Shown here: positions 39,738 to 51,117 of the stretch, one piece after another
How positions within the stretch are numbered: the first letter of the stretch is position 1
Layout of the letters: each line of letters begins with the position of its first letter
Assembly: GCA_963734495.1 (NCBI GenBank)
Contig: CAVTHK010000011.1
Span: 544,001 to 608,000 of the forward strand
From: an uncultured Spirochaetota bacterium
GTDB taxonomy: Bacteria; Spirochaetota; Spirochaetia; SZUA-6; CAVTHK01
Direction: 5' to 3'
DNA: 64,000 bases
Translations under genes and position numbers: made by a program
The notes under the pieces: model-generated
What the model was told of the DNA's origin: nothing
Database searches by the model: none
What the model saw: the letters and a program-made list of their open reading frames with translations, nothing else

Positions 39738-40829
39738 ATGAACAAAATTGAAGTCGTCCGTGCGCGGATGGCGAGCCAGGGGCTTGGGGCGCGGGTCGAG
39801 GCGGCCGACCCGGCCGAGGTCGTCAGGCGGCTGGGCGCGGTGCAGGCGCAGGACTACCTCGGGGGCCTGTGGGCGGTCGCGCTGCGCGCAGGGGCGGCCG
39901 GCGAAGCGGACGTGGAGGCGGCGCTGGCCCGCGGCTCGATCGTGCGCACCTGGCCCATGCGGGGCACGCTGCACCTCGTGGCCGCCGAGGACGCGCGCTG
40001 GATGCTGGCGCTGCTCGCGCCGCGCGTGGTGGCCGCGAGCGCCGCGCGCGAGCGGCAGCTCGGCCTCGACGCCGCGGTGCATGCGCGCGGCCGCAGGGCG
40101 CTCGCGGCCGCGCTGCGCGGCGGCAACCGGCTCACGCGGCTCGAGACCTATCGCGTGCTGGAGCGGGCCCGCATCCGCACGGCGGGGCAGCGCGGGTACC
40201 ACGTCCTCTGGCGGCTCGCGCACGAGGGGCTCATCTGCTTCGGGCCGCGGGAGGGCAAGCAGCAGACCTTCGTGCTTCTCGACGAATGGCTGCCCGGCGG
40301 CCGGACGCTCGCCGGCGACGAGGCTCTCGCGGAGCTCGCGGCGCGCTACTTCGCGGGTCATGGGCCGGCGACACTGCAGGACTTCGCGTGGTGGTCCGGG
40401 CTTCCCGCGGCCGAGGCGCGCGCCGCCCTCGAGCTCGCGAAGCCGCGTCTCGCCGAAGAGGACGGGCGGGGCCGCAGCCTGTGGCTCGCGCGCAGCGGCC
40501 CCGGCACCGTGCCGGCGGCCGGCCGCTCGCCGCGGGGTGCCTTCCTTTTACCTCCCTTCGACGAGCTCCTGGTGGGCTACGCGGACCGGAGCGACGTCGT
40601 CGATTCGGAAGACGGCGCGACGGTGTCGAGCCTTCTGAGGCCCGCCGTGCTCCTGCGCGACCACGTCGCCGGGACCTGGAGGCGCGCGATCAGAGACGAC
40701 AAGGTGGTGATCAGCGTGAGCCGTTTCGCGGAGCCCCGGCCGTCCGACGCGCGCGCGCTGGCCGCGGCGGCCGCCCGGTACGGCCAGTTCCTCGGAAAGA
40801 CAGCGGCGCTCGCCCGCTCGCGGTCGTAG
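39738..40829 (+). CDS. AlkZ-like HTH_42 winged-helix DNA glycosylase
   Basis: 'VQAQD' (QxQ), 'RGTLH', 'HGPATLQDFAWWSGL', 'LLPPFDE'. Confidence 0.8.
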   Translation: MNKIEVVRARMASQGLGARVEAADPAEVVRRLGAVQAQDYLGGLWAVALRAGAAGEADVEAALARGSIVRTWPMRGTLHLVAAEDARWMLALLAPRVVAASAARERQLGLDAAVHARGRRALAAALRGGNRLTRLETYRVLERARIRTAGQRGYHVLWRLAHEGLICFGPREGKQQTFVLLDEWLPGGRTLAGDEALAELAARYFAGHGPATLQDFAWWSGLPAAEARAALELAKPRLAEEDGRGRSLWLARSGPGTVPAAGRSPRGAFLLPPFDELLVGYADRSDVVDSEDGATVSSLLRPAVLLRDHVAGTWRRAIRDDKVVISVSRFAEPRPSDARALAAAAARYGQFLGKTAALARSRS

Positions 40830-40871
40830 TCTCGCGCCGCAGCGAATACGTCCTTATACTGGGGCGTGGCC

Positions 40872-41645
40872 ATGAAATTCGCGATCGAGCTTCATCGCTG
40901 GTTCGAGGGAGGCCTGGACCGGCGGATCTTCGGCGGGCGGCCGCCGGCCTGGTCCCCGCGGCTCGCCTTCACCCTCGAGAACCTGGTCCTGATGCTGGGC
41001 GTCTTCTATTTCCTGCTGAACACCCTTGCGTACAACTGGACCGGGTCCCTCTATGCCCCCGGCACGGGATTCAGGCTCGACCGGGTGTTCGGGGGCCTCG
41101 ACGACCGCATCCCGTTCGTTCCCGAGATGGCGATCTTCTACCTGTACCTCTTTTACCCGATGGCGACGATTTCCCTTGTCTATTTCTGCTTCGTCGAAGC
41201 CGAGAAGGGGTATGCGCTGGGCTGGGCGCTCGTGATCCTCAATTTCGCAGCGGCGGTCGTCCACGCCGTCTTCCCGGTCTCGACGTACTGGTACCGCGTC
41301 GAGCTGCTCGCCCATCCGCGGTCCGGCTTCTGGGCGGACGCCATGTACCGCGTCTATGCCACCGACACTTCGTTCAACTGCTTCCCGAGCCTGCACGCCG
41401 CGGTGGCCGCGGCGATCGCGTTCACCTGGTATCGGTACGCGCGCGCGAAACGCTCCGCGGTGCGGGCTGCGATCGCCGCCGCCGCGGCCGTGATCGCCGT
41501 CGGCGTCGTGCTGTCGACGCTGTTCGTGCGGCAGCACTACATAGCCGACGAGATCGCGGGCGTCCTCCTCGGCGTCGGCTCCACGAAGCTCGCGATCGAC
41601 GGCCTGTGGAAGAAGCCGGGCCGCGTCACCCCCCGCCCTCAGTGA
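40872..41645 (+). CDS. PAP2-superfamily membrane phosphatase/phosphotransferase (IPC synthase-like)
   Basis: 'NCFPSLH', 'STLFVRQHYIAD'; multiple TMs. Confidence 0.8.
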   Translation: MKFAIELHRWFEGGLDRRIFGGRPPAWSPRLAFTLENLVLMLGVFYFLLNTLAYNWTGSLYAPGTGFRLDRVFGGLDDRIPFVPEMAIFYLYLFYPMATISLVYFCFVEAEKGYALGWALVILNFAAAVVHAVFPVSTYWYRVELLAHPRSGFWADAMYRVYATDTSFNCFPSLHAAVAAAIAFTWYRYARAKRSAVRAAIAAAAAVIAVGVVLSTLFVRQHYIADEIAGVLLGVGSTKLAIDGLWKKPGRVTPRPQ

Positions 41646-41790
41646 TGCCGGCGGAAACGGAGCGCCGGCGCGAAGGACGCTTCGCACTCGCCGGGCGTTG
41701 ACGATGGGTGCCGCACATAGCGAATTTGAGAACGTTGCGCGCAGACGGGCCCTGACCTGGCCGCGCCTCATTTCCCCCTGGAGGGATCCG

Positions 41791-44700
41791 ATGAAAAAGT
41801 CCGTTCGTGCGTCCGTGCTCGCCGCCGTCCTGATCTGCTCGTCGCGCTCACTGTGGGCGCAGAACGAGCTCCTGGACCTGTATTCACCGTTGATCCTTGC
41901 CGGGGGCGCCAGCGCGGCAAGCATCGCCTCCCCCGAAGCGTCCGTGCTGAACCCCGCCGCTTCCGGGCCGGAGCAGCGGCTGACCATCGAAGGGAGCTAC
42001 ATCGGGCTCGCGGGTCTGGGCTCCGCGTCCGGGTGGGGCAACGTCGCCAACGCAGGCATCACCGTTCCCGCGCCGTTCGGCGTGATCTCCGGCAGCGTGC
42101 ACATGCTGAGCTCGGACTTTCCATCGATCGACGTCGACACTCTGGCCGCCTTCAATGTCTCCATAGCCAAGGACCTCTTCCCCGGCCTGTACGTCGGCGC
42201 CGGGCTCGGCTACCAGACCGGAGCCGACTGGGGGCTCGGCCTCGACGTCGGCCTGCTCGGGACTCCGGGCAACATAGGCTTTCTCAAGGATTTCCGCTGG
42301 GGCATTGCCATGCGCGGGATAGGCAAGGGCTACAGCCCCGACATGTCCTCGGGAGTCGGCAGCGCTCCGCCTGCCTTTACTCCGGATCTCGGTGTGAGCG
42401 CCACCCTGCTCAAGCAGGGTCTTTTCGCCTTTTCTCTTGCGCCCGATCTGAGCTTCCCGTCTTTGCAGGACGTCCGCTTCGTCCTGGGCGCGCGTTTCGC
42501 GTACTCCGACATGGTTTTTCTCGACATCGCGTACGACTTCGGCCTCAATGACGCGGTCGACCGGACCGCTCGTCCCTTCCCGCTCTCGTTCGGCCTCAGC
42601 GTGAAGGTCAAGGGCGACACACCGGCATCCCCGGCGTTCATGAACGGCGGCGACATCACCGCCACATCGGTCGCGGCGCCGCTCAAGGACGGAGTCACGG
42701 GATTCGGGCTCGGCGCGAATCTCGCCTTTGGCCGCCTCGACCGAAACCCGCCCGCGATCAAGCTGGGCAGCACGGAGACCGCCTACATTTCCCCGGGCAC
42801 CACGAGCAGCCAGGGCGAGCTCCTCATACCGCTCGCCGTCACCGACGAACGGTACGTGAGCGGCTACCGCCTGATCGTGAAGAACGCGCAGGGCACCGCC
42901 GTGCGCACCATCGAGGCCGCGGATCGCGGGCCGTCGAGCAAGGGACTCGCGAACCTGCGCGACCGCCTGCTCGCGGTCAAGCGGAGCATCATGGTTCCGC
43001 AGAACCTCGCCTGGGACGGCAAGGACGACAACGGCGCCAGGGTCCCGGACGGCACGTATTCGTACACGGTCGAAGCGTGGGACGACAACAACAACCTGGC
43101 CCGCACATCGCCCCTTGCCGTCGTCGTGGACACCACGGCGCCGGCCGCGAGCGCGAGCGCCGCATACCTGGAGTTCTCGCCGTCAGGCGAGGGCACCAAG
43201 GGCGTGCTGCCGATCACGCAGAGCGGCTCCGGAGAAGACCTGTGGATCGGCACGATCTACGACTCTTCGCGCAACGAGGTGCGGCAGTTCCGCTGGAGCG
43301 GCGGTTCGCCAAAGAGCTTTGAATGGAACGGAAAGGACTCCGGCGGCAGGCTCGTCCCCGACGGCACCTACAGCTACAGGGTCACGAGCACCGACCGCGC
43401 CGGGAACACGGGGTCCGCGCTCCTCGAGGGCATCGTCGTCAACACCCAGGCCACGCCGGTGAGCCTGTCGACGAACCTGCCCGCGTTCTCCCCCAACGGC
43501 GACGGGATCAAGGACGTTCTGGCGTTCCTGCCCGAGGTCAAGGTGACCAGCGGCATGGAGAAGTGGACGCTGTCCGTGAGGGATGCCGGGGGCTCGAGGA
43601 GGACCTTTGCCGGGGGGGCGACGGTCCCGGCGTCGATCGAGTTCGACGGCAAGGACGATCTGGGCGTCCGCCTGCCCGAAGGGACTTACTGGGGCTCGCT
43701 CACGGTGGTCTACCGGAACGGGCACACGCCGACCGCGGACTCCTCGCCGATCCTGCTGCGCGTGACCGCCCCTTCGGCGACGGTGAGCGCCGCGTACCGC
43801 GAGCTCTCCCCGGATGGCGTCGGCACGAGGACCGTGCTGCCCGTCCGGCAATCGGGATCGAGCGAGGAGCTGTGGCAGGGCTCGATCACGAGCTCGGCGG
43901 GACGGCTCGTGAGGAGCTGGAGCTGGATGCAGAGCGCTCCCCGGAGCTTTGAGTGGGACGGGAGGGACGCTACAGGACGGCTCGCGCCCGACGGCACCTA
44001 CTCCTACCGCGTGACCTCCACGGACGCCGCCGGCAACACGGGCTCCGCCGCCCTCGACGGCATCGTCATCAACACCGTGCCCACGCCGGTCGCCCTCGCC
44101 ATCGACAACTCGGCCTTTTCACCGAACGGCGACGGCGTGCGCGACACGCTGCGCTTCTCGCTGGTCGTCCCTGTCGGGAACGGCGTCGAGAAGTGGAGCC
44201 TCCGCGTGAGCGATCAATCGCGGAAAGTGCGTCGCAGCTTCGCGGGCCTCGCCGGCGTGCCCGCCTCGGTCGACTTTGACGGCAAGGACGACGACGGCGT
44301 GGCGCTGCCGCAGGGCACGTACACGGCGGATCTCGCCGTTTCGTACGCCAACGGACACGAGCCGGCCGACACGTCGCCGCCGTTCGTCATCGACGTCACG
44401 CCGCCCACGGCCACCGTGACCTCGGACTACTCCGTGTTCTCGCCTGTCGGCGAAGGCGCGCGCAACCTCCTCACGTTCTCTCAGGGCGTGTCCAAGGACG
44501 CGGAGTGGACGGGGGTTGTCCGAAGCGCGGCCGGCCAGGCCGTGCGCACCGTGAAGTGGAGCGGAAAGCCGGACGCGCAGTTCGCCTTTGACGGCCATGC
44601 CGATGACGGGAGCCTCCTGCCGGACGGCGGCTACACCTACGTTCTGTCGGGAACGGACCGGGCGGGCAACTCGGGGCAGTCCGGGGCGCTGGCCTTCCAG

Positions 44701-46392
44701 ATCGACACCAGGGCGACGCCGGTCATCGTGACGACGGACCTCGTCTACTTCTCACCCAACGGAGACGGCGTCAAGGACAGCGTCCGCATCATTCCGTCGC
44801 TGAAGGTCGCGACCGACGTGGAATCGTTCGAGCTGCGGATAGCGACCGCGCAGGGCGCGGTCGTGCGCCGCGTCGCGGCGAGGAACGCCGCGCCCGCGGT
44901 GTTCGCGTGGGACGGCCGCGACGACGCGGGCGCGATCGTGCCCGACGGGCAGTACGGGGTGGAGCTCGACGTCCTGTACCGCAACGGCAATCGCCCTGTG
45001 GCGCGGACGGGCCCCATCTTCGTGGACACGGTCTTTCCGAGCCTGACGATCGCGGCCGACACAATGCTGTTCTCGCCGACCGGGGACAGCACGCTCAAGG
45101 CGGTCTCGATCCGGCAGGTCTCCAGCGACGAGGACCGTTGGGACGGACGGATCTACGACGCCGGCGCCAGACTCGTGCGCACGTACGTCTGGCGGGGGAA
45201 GGCGCCGGACTTTGCGTGGGACGGCACCGACGACAAGGGCAACACCGTTGCCGACGGCGTGTACAGCTATGCGGTGTCCGCCACCGACAGGGCCGGCAAC
45301 ACCACCGCCAGGACGCTCTCCCCGATCCGCGTCGACTCGAGGTCCACGCCCGTGTCGGTGAGGGCGGCGTCCGACGGTCTTTCGCCCAACGGCGACGGGG
45401 TTCGCGACACGATCGGGTTCAACCTTTCGGTCGGAGTCCCGGATGGCATCAAGGGCTGGACGCTTTCCATCGTGGACACGGCCGGCAGCGCCCTCAAGGT
45501 GTTCGCGGGCGCATCGCCTGTCCCGGAGTCGATCTTCTGGGACGGGAAGACCGATTCGGGCAGCGCGCCCAATGGCACGTACTACGCGCGACTCGAGGTC
45601 GACTATCTCAAGGGCAACAAACCGGTGGCCAGGACGGCGTCCTTCATCTTGTCGGTCGCTCCTCCCAGGGTGACTCTCGACGCCGGGCCGCTGCCGTTTT
45701 CCCCGGACGGGGACGGGTACAACGACAGCCTGCGAATCGCGATTTCCGCCGCCGATCCGAGCCCGATCGAGTCCTGGAACATCACCGTGCTCGACCCGAT
45801 GGACCACACCTTTGCGGACTGGTCCGGAAAGGGCGCACCCCCGGGCGCGATCACCTGGGACGGGCTTTCGGCCTACGGCGAGCTGGTCCAGGCCGCGGAC
45901 GACTACACGCTCGTCGCCACGGTCAAGGACGAGCTGGGCAACGTCGGAACGATCCGCCAGAAGGTTCCCATCGACGTCCTGGTCATGCGCGAGGACGGGA
46001 AGCTTCGCATCCGCATCTCCAGCATCACCTTCAAGGCGGACACGCCCGACTACGTCGACGTGCCCGGTGACCGGCTCGACCTGAACATGAGGACGCTCGG
46101 GCGGCTGGCCGAGATCTTCAAGCGGTACTCGCAGTACAAGATCACCATCGAAGGCTACGCGGTGATGGTCTACTGGAACGATCCCGCCATGGGAAAGCAG
46201 GAGCAGGAAGGCGTCCTCATCCCGCTGTCAAAGGCGCGCGCCGAGGCAGTCAAGAGCGGCCTGGTCAAGCTCGGCATCGACGCCGGCCGCATCACCACCG
46301 TGGGCCTGGGTGGGGTGAGCCCCATCGTGCCGTTCGGCGACCTGGAGAACCGCTGGAAGGACCGGAGGGTCGAGTTCCTCCTCGTCAGGTAG
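41791..46392 (+). CDS. Large exported protein: N-terminal beta-rich region, about 10 FlgD/CHU_C-like Ig repeats, C-terminal OmpA-like domain
   Basis: Signal peptide; ten [WF][DN]G..(D)G...PDG.Y units; recurrent 'FSPNGDG..D'; 'LSKARAEAVK' and 'DRRVEF'. Confidence 0.85.
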   Translation: MKKSVRASVLAAVLICSSRSLWAQNELLDLYSPLILAGGASAASIASPEASVLNPAASGPEQRLTIEGSYIGLAGLGSASGWGNVANAGITVPAPFGVISGSVHMLSSDFPSIDVDTLAAFNVSIAKDLFPGLYVGAGLGYQTGADWGLGLDVGLLGTPGNIGFLKDFRWGIAMRGIGKGYSPDMSSGVGSAPPAFTPDLGVSATLLKQGLFAFSLAPDLSFPSLQDVRFVLGARFAYSDMVFLDIAYDFGLNDAVDRTARPFPLSFGLSVKVKGDTPASPAFMNGGDITATSVAAPLKDGVTGFGLGANLAFGRLDRNPPAIKLGSTETAYISPGTTSSQGELLIPLAVTDERYVSGYRLIVKNAQGTAVRTIEAADRGPSSKGLANLRDRLLAVKRSIMVPQNLAWDGKDDNGARVPDGTYSYTVEAWDDNNNLARTSPLAVVVDTTAPAASASAAYLEFSPSGEGTKGVLPITQSGSGEDLWIGTIYDSSRNEVRQFRWSGGSPKSFEWNGKDSGGRLVPDGTYSYRVTSTDRAGNTGSALLEGIVVNTQATPVSLSTNLPAFSPNGDGIKDVLAFLPEVKVTSGMEKWTLSVRDAGGSRRTFAGGATVPASIEFDGKDDLGVRLPEGTYWGSLTVVYRNGHTPTADSSPILLRVTAPSATVSAAYRELSPDGVGTRTVLPVRQSGSSEELWQGSITSSAGRLVRSWSWMQSAPRSFEWDGRDATGRLAPDGTYSYRVTSTDAAGNTGSAALDGIVINTVPTPVALAIDNSAFSPNGDGVRDTLRFSLVVPVGNGVEKWSLRVSDQSRKVRRSFAGLAGVPASVDFDGKDDDGVALPQGTYTADLAVSYANGHEPADTSPPFVIDVTPPTATVTSDYSVFSPVGEGARNLLTFSQGVSKDAEWTGVVRSAAGQAVRTVKWSGKPDAQFAFDGHADDGSLLPDGGYTYVLSGTDRAGNSGQSGALAFQIDTRATPVIVTTDLVYFSPNGDGVKDSVRIIPSLKVATDVESFELRIATAQGAVVRRVAARNAAPAVFAWDGRDDAGAIVPDGQYGVELDVLYRNGNRPVARTGPIFVDTVFPSLTIAADTMLFSPTGDSTLKAVSIRQVSSDEDRWDGRIYDAGARLVRTYVWRGKAPDFAWDGTDDKGNTVADGVYSYAVSATDRAGNTTARTLSPIRVDSRSTPVSVRAASDGLSPNGDGVRDTIGFNLSVGVPDGIKGWTLSIVDTAGSALKVFAGASPVPESIFWDGKTDSGSAPNGTYYARLEVDYLKGNKPVARTASFILSVAPPRVTLDAGPLPFSPDGDGYNDSLRIAISAADPSPIESWNITVLDPMDHTFADWSGKGAPPGAITWDGLSAYGELVQAADDYTLVATVKDELGNVGTIRQKVPIDVLVMREDGKLRIRISSITFKADTPDYVDVPGDRLDLNMRTLGRLAEIFKRYSQYKITIEGYAVMVYWNDPAMGKQEQEGVLIPLSKARAEAVKSGLVKLGIDAGRITTVGLGGVSPIVPFGDLENRWKDRRVEFLLVR

Positions 46393-46416
46393 CCAGTCGC
46401 GCCGCCGCGGGCGGCT

Positions 46417-47646
46417 CTACGGGCGGTACTTGCGGACGACCATCGAGGAGTTGCTGCCGCCGAAGGCAAAGTTGTTCGTGAGGAGCGTGTCGAACGCGGT
46501 CTCCCGGCACGTGGTCACGATGTTCGGGTACTGGCAGTCCTCGCTCAGGTGATCGACGTTGATCGAGGGGGCGACAAAGGACTCCTTCATCATGACCAGG
46601 GAGGCGATGAGCTCGATGGCGCCGGCTGCGCCGATCGTGTGCCCGATCTGGCTCTTGGTCGAGGCGACCATGGGCGAAGAGTCGCCGAACACCTGTTTGA
46701 TGGCGGAGATCTCGGAGGCGTCCCCCAGCACCGTCGACGTCCCGTGGGTGTTCAGGTAGTCGATGTCCTTGGCCGCAATGCCCGCGTCCGCGATGGCCTG
46801 CCGCATGCACTCGGCCTGCGTCTCCGCAACGGGCGCGACCATCGAAGCGCCGCCGTCGCAGTTGGTGGCATAGCCGGCGATCTCTCCGTAGATCGGGGCG
46901 CCGCGCCTCAGGGCGTGCTCCAGCTCCTCCACGACGACGACGCCCCCGCCCTCGCCGAGGACGAACCCGGAACGGTCGCGGTCGAAGGGCCGCGATGCGG
47001 CCGCCGGGTTGTCGTTGCAGTTCGTCGGCAGCACTCCCATCGCGTCGAAGAACGCGCTGCCCGCCCAGTCGCACGATTCGCCCCCGCCGGCGAACACGAC
47101 GTCCTGGATGCCCCACTTGATGACCTGGTAAGCGTAGCCGATGTTGACGAGCCCCGTGGCGCAGGCGTCGGAGATCCCGAGGCTCATGCCGCGGTTCTTG
47201 AGCAGCATCGTGATGTTGGCGCTCCGCGACGAGCCCATGGTCTTCGGCACGCGGATGCCGATCTTCCGCGGCTTGTTGTGCTCGTGCATCGCGAGAGCGC
47301 CCTCGAACATGTCCATCGAGCTTCCTTCGCCGCAGCCCACGATCACGCCGCAGCGGTCGCTTTCGACGTCCGTCTTCGCGAGGCGGCTGTCCTCCAGCGC
47401 CATCTTCGCCGCGTAGGTGGTGAACTCCGAGCCGCGCCCCATGAACTTGAGCGCCTTGCGGTCGAAGAACTGCGACGCGTCCCAGTCGGCGATCCAGCCG
47501 GCGATCTGGCTGTTGAACCCGTGCGCCTCCAGGTCGGGGCAGCGGGTCACGCAGCTTTTGCCTGAACGCAGCGTGCGTTCGATGCTTGCCAGCTCGAGGC
47601 CGAGCGTCGACGCCGCACCCAGACCAGTGATCACCACGCGCCGCAT
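46417..47646 (-). CDS. Beta-ketoacyl-ACP synthase (FabB/FabF family)
   Basis: Catalytic Cys 'DACATG', His 'NTHGTST', His 'GHTIGAAG'; 'NFAFGGSN'. Confidence 0.92.
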   Translation of the reverse strand: MRRVVITGLGAASTLGLELASIERTLRSGKSCVTRCPDLEAHGFNSQIAGWIADWDASQFFDRKALKFMGRGSEFTTYAAKMALEDSRLAKTDVESDRCGVIVGCGEGSSMDMFEGALAMHEHNKPRKIGIRVPKTMGSSRSANITMLLKNRGMSLGISDACATGLVNIGYAYQVIKWGIQDVVFAGGGESCDWAGSAFFDAMGVLPTNCNDNPAAASRPFDRDRSGFVLGEGGGVVVVEELEHALRRGAPIYGEIAGYATNCDGGASMVAPVAETQAECMRQAIADAGIAAKDIDYLNTHGTSTVLGDASEISAIKQVFGDSSPMVASTKSQIGHTIGAAGAIELIASLVMMKESFVAPSINVDHLSEDCQYPNIVTTCRETAFDTLLTNNFAFGGSNSSMVVRKYRP

Positions 47647-47724
47647 ACGGATACGCTCCTTGCCCGCGGGTCCCGGCCGCGGACGGCAGGAGTCTTTCAT
47701 CCCGCGCGATTCTGGTCAACGCCC

Positions 47725-48048
47725 TCAAGCGGCCGCGGGCGGCCTTACTGGTCGATGCCGGAGTCCGGAAGCATATGAGGCGGAAGCTGCCGGTGCGCCC
47801 CCGGCCGCGCCAGATAGCGCCCGACGCCGGCGCGCGTCCGCGATGGCGGCCTTTCGCAAGTAGGCATCGAGGACCCGGCCGGGATACAGAGGCTCGCCGC
47901 AGCGGGGGCATCGAGTGAGCCCTCTTCCGCGGCCCAGCTCCTTCGGATGGCTGTGGAACACGGGGCAGTAGTCGAGGCCGTTGAAGCGGCATTCTTCCCA
48001 AAGCGTCTCGCCGCACGGGCAGCGCCAAAGAGCAAGAGTCCCTCCCAT
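47725..48048 (-). CDS. Possible small Cys-rich (zinc-ribbon-like) protein
   Basis: 'CPCG' and 'CPRCG' pairs; no clear RBS. Confidence 0.35.
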   Translation of the reverse strand: MGGTLALWRCPCGETLWEECRFNGLDYCPVFHSHPKELGRGRGLTRCPRCGEPLYPGRVLDAYLRKAAIADARRRRALSGAAGGAPAASASYASGLRHRPVRPPAAA

Positions 48049-48180
48049 GGTGACAATTGGTAGCGCACTCCCGGCCCGGATTCCACTCGCGGGTTCCCCG
48101 GCGGGGCGGAGCGGCGCGGGCGACGCGAAGGCCTCGGTGCCGCGCCCGCGGTCCGCCGCCCCCCCCGGGGCGGCCCCCGG

Positions 48181-49483
<1,303 letters not shown>

Positions 49484-49503
<20 letters not shown>

Positions 49504-50770
49504 CTCTGCACCTCGGTATTGAGAGCAGCGCCTCGGTCCCGCCGCCCGGCCGGTCGCGCAGGACGATCCGGCCGCTCGCGGCTGCGGCGAACCGGCTGGC
49601 GATGGCCAGCCCTATTCCTGAGCCGCGGAGCTTCGTGGTGAAAAAAGGCTCGAAGACGCGGCGGCCGAGCCCTCTCGGGATGCCGGTCCCCCGGTCCAGG
49701 ACGACGATCTCGATCCTCGTCGCGAGGCTGCGCAGCGCGACGCGGACCTCGCTCGAAGGCCCTCCGCTCTCGAGGGCGTTCACAATGAGGTTCTCGAGGA
49801 CCGAGCGGAACGCATCGGGGTCGAACCGCACCGCCGGGGCGCCCTGAGCCAGCTCACACGCGACGCCCAGACGGCTCGCCACCTGGGACGCGATCTTCGA
49901 GGCGTCCACGGGTTCCGGCCTTCCGCGCGGCTCGCGCAGCAGATCGTCGACCCGCTCGGTGAGGCTCCCGAGCCTGCGCGCCTCCTCGTCGACCCTCCTC
50001 AGGCTCGAAGAGTGCTCGAAGGGCAGCACGCGCTTGAGGTAGTCGAGCTCGAGCCGGATCGCGCTGAGCGGGTTCTTCATTTCGTGGGAGAGGACCCTCG
50101 CGGTCTCGCCGAGCAGCGCGGCGCTCCTCTGCGCATCCGCCGCGCGCCGGTAGCGGGTCATGCGGATCGTGAGCGCGCCCACGATGAGCACCCCGAGGAC
50201 GGCCGACACCGAGATCACGACCCGCAGGCGCTCGAACGCATCCTCCTGCACGAAGAAGTCGGGGTTCCTGGAGGCGAGGTAGAACCGGAAGTCGCCCGAA
50301 GCGCGGTTGGCGTCCGACACGCTGGCGCGGCCGCCCAGGTGCATGATCACCGAGATGACGCGCCGCGCATGATCGAGGCGGTAGTCGGGGGCCGAAGCGG
50401 AGGCCGCGATCTCGGCGGGCGCGAGAGAGCGCGGCGCCGTGCCCGACGGCGGGAACAGCGGCTCGCCGTCCCCGTCGTACAGGCCGAAGCCTTCGATCGC
50501 CGCATCGACCCTCTGCGTCGGATAGCTCCAGATCATCCGGACTGCTCTCCGCTCCATCGCCATCTGGGTCTGCGCGAGCTCGCGACGCATCTCGGCCTCG
50601 TTGAGATGGTGGCCCGTGAACGCGATGCCCACGATCAGCCCCATGAGCAGAAGGGGAAGGACGACCTCGTGGGGCGAGAGCAGGATCGCCAGGAGCTGCC
50701 TTGACGGAGCGACTCCGGCGCGTTCGCGGCCGGTGCCGCCGAGGTTCTCGCTTTGCCTGATGCTCTGCAT
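49484..50770 (-). CDS. Sensor histidine kinase (start uncertain)
   Basis: Two TMs; H-box 'SHEMKNPL', N-box 'NLIVNA', 'DRGTGI', 'FFTTK', 'GIGL'. Confidence 0.88.
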
Positions 50771-50954
50771 GGAAAACACGGGGCGAGGGCTCCGCCCGCG
50801 CCGTCGCGCGGCGGCCGGGGCTCTCGCGTTGCCGGCTGCAAATATAGCGACGGCGCTCGGCTCGCGGATAGAAGCGCTCCGCGCCGGGCACTCCTCTCCC
50901 GCCGTGCATGGCCCTGCCGGGAAGACTTTGCCCGAAAACCGGCCTTTTCCGCGC

Positions 50955-50971
50955 TTGGCACGGCGCTCGCA
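50955..50971 (+). promoter_or_regulatory. Sigma-54 (-24/-12) promoter
   Basis: TTGGCACGGCGCTCGCA (GG-N10-GC), divergent from the sigma-54 activator operon. Confidence 0.75.
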
Positions 50972-51117
50972 TAGACGCATCCAGGCTTCGACGCGGAGAC
51001 GCGGAACGCCGCACACGGCAACGGGGAGGAGGTGAAGGATCGAGGTCGTTGCGCGCGGCACGATGCGGGCGAAGCGGATTGCAGGATTTGCAGGACAGGA
51101 TTGCAGGAGAGGTGAAC

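Noticed and set aside
41791-46392. Giant repeat protein as the substrate of the SecA/MFP module
   Set aside because: It has an ordinary Sec signal peptide and a periplasmic OmpA domain, and it is not linked to the module.
46417-47646. Ketosynthase as dedicated supplier of acyl chains to the PhcB-like enzyme, or as part of a PKS cluster
   Set aside because: It lies about 17 kb away with unrelated genes between, and there is no ACP, chain-length factor or tailoring enzyme.
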